Assembly (NCBI RefSeq): GCF_009914755.1
Contig: NC_060928.1
DNA from: the human T2T-CHM13v2.0 reference genome, Homo sapiens
Direction: 5' to 3' (one strand)
DNA: 64,000 nucleotides
Positions 61,720 to 64,000 of this stretch are shown here, piece by piece; positions within the stretch are counted from its first letter, which is position 1; each line of letters starts with the position of its first letter. The notes beneath the pieces were generated by a model. The model did no database searches. It was not told the DNA's origin and saw only the letters and a program-made list of their open reading frames with translations. Made by a program: the position numbers and the translations under genes.

Positions 61720-63530
61720 CAGTTTTATTTTAAGTTCCAGGATACATACGCAGAATGTGTGGGTTTGTTACATAGGTATATGTGTGCCATGGTGGTTTGC
61801 AGCACCTATCAATCTGTCATCTAGATTTTAAGTCCCTCATGTATTAGCTATTTGTCCTGATACTCTCACTCCCATTCCATGCCCCGAATGGCCCCGGTGT
61901 GTTTTGCTCCCCTCCCTGAGTCCATGTATTCTCATTTTTCGACTCCCTCTTATGAGTGAGAACATGTGGTGTTTGGTTTTCTGTTCCTGTGTTAGTTTGC
62001 TGAGGATAATGGCTTTGAGTTTCATCCATGTCCCTGCAACAGACATAATCTCATTCCTTTTTATGGCACATAGTATGCCGCCATACTGTACATGCATCAT
62101 ATTTTCTTTATCCAGTCTATCATTGATGAGTATTTGTGTTGGTTCCATATCTTTGATATTGTAGATAGTGCTGCAATAGACATACATGTGCATGTGTCTT
62201 TACAGTAGAATGATTTATATGCCTTTGGGTATATATCAAGTAATGAGATTGCTAGGTCAAATGGTGTTTCTGGTTCTAGATCTTTGAGGAATCACCACAT
62301 TGTTTTCCATGATGGTTGAACTAACTTACATTCCCACCAAAAATGTAAAAGTTTTCCTATATCTCCCCAGTTTCACCAGCATCTGTTGTTTTTTGACTTT
62401 TTAATCATCTCCATTCTGACTGGCATGAGATTGTATCTCATTGTGGTTTTGATTTGCATTTCTCTAATGATCAGTGATATTGAGCTTTTCTCATAAGTGT
62501 GTTGGCTGCATAAATGTATTTTTTTGAGAAGTGTCTGTTTATATCCTTTGCCCACTTTTTGGTGGTGGTGTTTTTTTTCTTGTAAATTTGTTTAAGTTAC
62601 TTGTAGATTCTGGATATTGGACCTTTGTCAGAGGGATAGATTGCAAAAATGTTCCCTCATTCTGTAGGTTGCCTGTGCCCTCTGATGATGGTTTATTTTG
62701 CTGTGCAGAAGCTCTTTAGTTTAATTTGATCCCATTTGTCAACTTTGGCTTTTATTGTAATTGCTTTTGGTGTTTGTGTCATGAAATTTTTGCCCACGCC
62801 TATGTCCTGAATGATGTTGCTTAGGTTTTCTTCCAGGGTTTTTATGGTTTTGGGTTTTACATTTAAGTCTTTAATCCATCTTGAGTTAATTTTTGTATAA
62901 GGTGTAAGGCAGGGGTATAGTTTCTGTTTTTTGCATATGGCCAGCCAGTTTCCCCAGCACCATTTATTAAATAGGGAATCCTTTCCCATTGCTTGTTTTT
63001 GTCAGTTTTGTCGAAGATCAGATGGCTGTAGATGTGTGGTGTTATTTCTGAGGCCTCTGTTCTGTTCCATTGGTCTATATGTCTGCTTTTGTTCCAGTAC
63101 TATGCTGGTTTGGTTACTGTAAGGTGTAAGGAAGGGATCCAGTTGCAGTTTTCTCCATATGGCTAACCAGTTTTTCCAAAACACCATTTATTAAATAGGG
63201 AATCCTTCCCCTAATTGCTTGTTTTTGTCAGGTTTGTCAAAGATCAGATGGTTGTAGATGTGTAATGTTATTTCTGAGGCGTATGTTCTGTTCCATTGGT
63301 CAATACATCTTTTTGGTACCAGTACCATTCTGTTTTGGTTATGTAGCCTAATAGTATAGTTTGACATCAGGTAGCGTGATGCCTCCAGCTTTGTTCTTTT
63401 TGCTTAGGTTTGTCTTGGCTATATGGGCTCTTTTTTGGTTCCATATTAAATTTAAAGTAGTTTTTTTCTAGCTCTGTGAGGAATGTCAATGGTAGTTTGA
63501 TGGGAATAGCTTTGAATATATAAATTACTG
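61720..63530 (-). mobile_element. L1PA8-10-like 3' portion in UGT2B17 intron 5
   Basis: 3'UTR plus ORF2 C-terminal fragments (62373-62555, 62693-62989), with an internal ~222-bp repeat. Confidence 0.88.
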
Positions 63531-63531
63531 T

Positions 63532-64000
63532 GGGAAGAAGCCAAGATGGCCGAATAAGAACAGCTCCAGTCTACAGCTCCCAGTGTGAATGACACAGATG
63601 AGGAATGATTTCTGCATTTCCAACTGAGGTACTGGGTTCATCTCCGAGGGGACTGTCAGACAGTGGGTGCAGGACAGTGGGTGCAGCGCACCACGTGTGA
63701 GCCAAAGCACGGCGAGGCATTGCCTCATCAGGGAAGCACAAGGGGTCTGTGAATTCCCTTCCCTAGCCAAGGATAGGGGTAACAGATGGCACCTGGAAAA
63801 TTGGGTTACTCCCACCCTAATACTGCGCTTTTCCAAAAGGTTTTAGCAAACGGCACACCAGGAGATTATATCGCGCACCTGGCTCAGAGGGTCCTACGCC
63901 CACGGAGCCTCGCTCATTGCTAGCACAGCAGTCTGAGATCGAACTGCAAGGCAGCAGTGAGACTGGGGGAGGGGCGCCTGCCATTCCCATGGATTGAATA
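63532..64000 (+). mobile_element. 5' end of an L1PA (about PA4/5), running off the window
   Basis: gggaagaagccaagatggccgaataagaacagctcc is the L1 start with the YY1 motif, followed by 5'UTR. Confidence 0.9.

Overview
Primate, most likely human chr4q13.2, genomic DNA at the boundary of the TMPRSS11 and UGT2B gene clusters. It is eukaryotic and repeat-rich, with no CRISPR, operon or RNA gene. The + strand carries the last two coding exons of TMPRSS11E/DESC1 (1-108 and 17724-17885) and its 3'UTR. The - strand carries a two-exon UGT2B pseudogene remnant, probably UGT2B29P (exon 1 37994-38720, exon 2 30613-30751), and the last exon of UGT2B17 (58700-58979). The rest is mostly L1, Alu, LTR and DNA-transposon sequence. 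I found no convincing new gene system. The most unusual observations are: (1) a HERV-K(HML-2) LTR5A solo LTR flanked by a 68-bp duplication instead of 5-6 bp, with a microhomology junction at its U3 end; (2) a 46-bp copy of TMPRSS11E 3'UTR sequence 2 kb downstream; (3) several fold-back or templated repair scars, two of them at truncation points of the pseudogene; (4) a frameshift-free full-length L1PA2/3 with three nonsense codons and RT D702E but an intact ORF0; (5) an L1 antisense promoter inside UGT2B17 intron 5 pointing at exon 6. Gene and repeat subfamily names come from recall, not a database search, and repeat boundaries are approximate unless a TSD is quoted.
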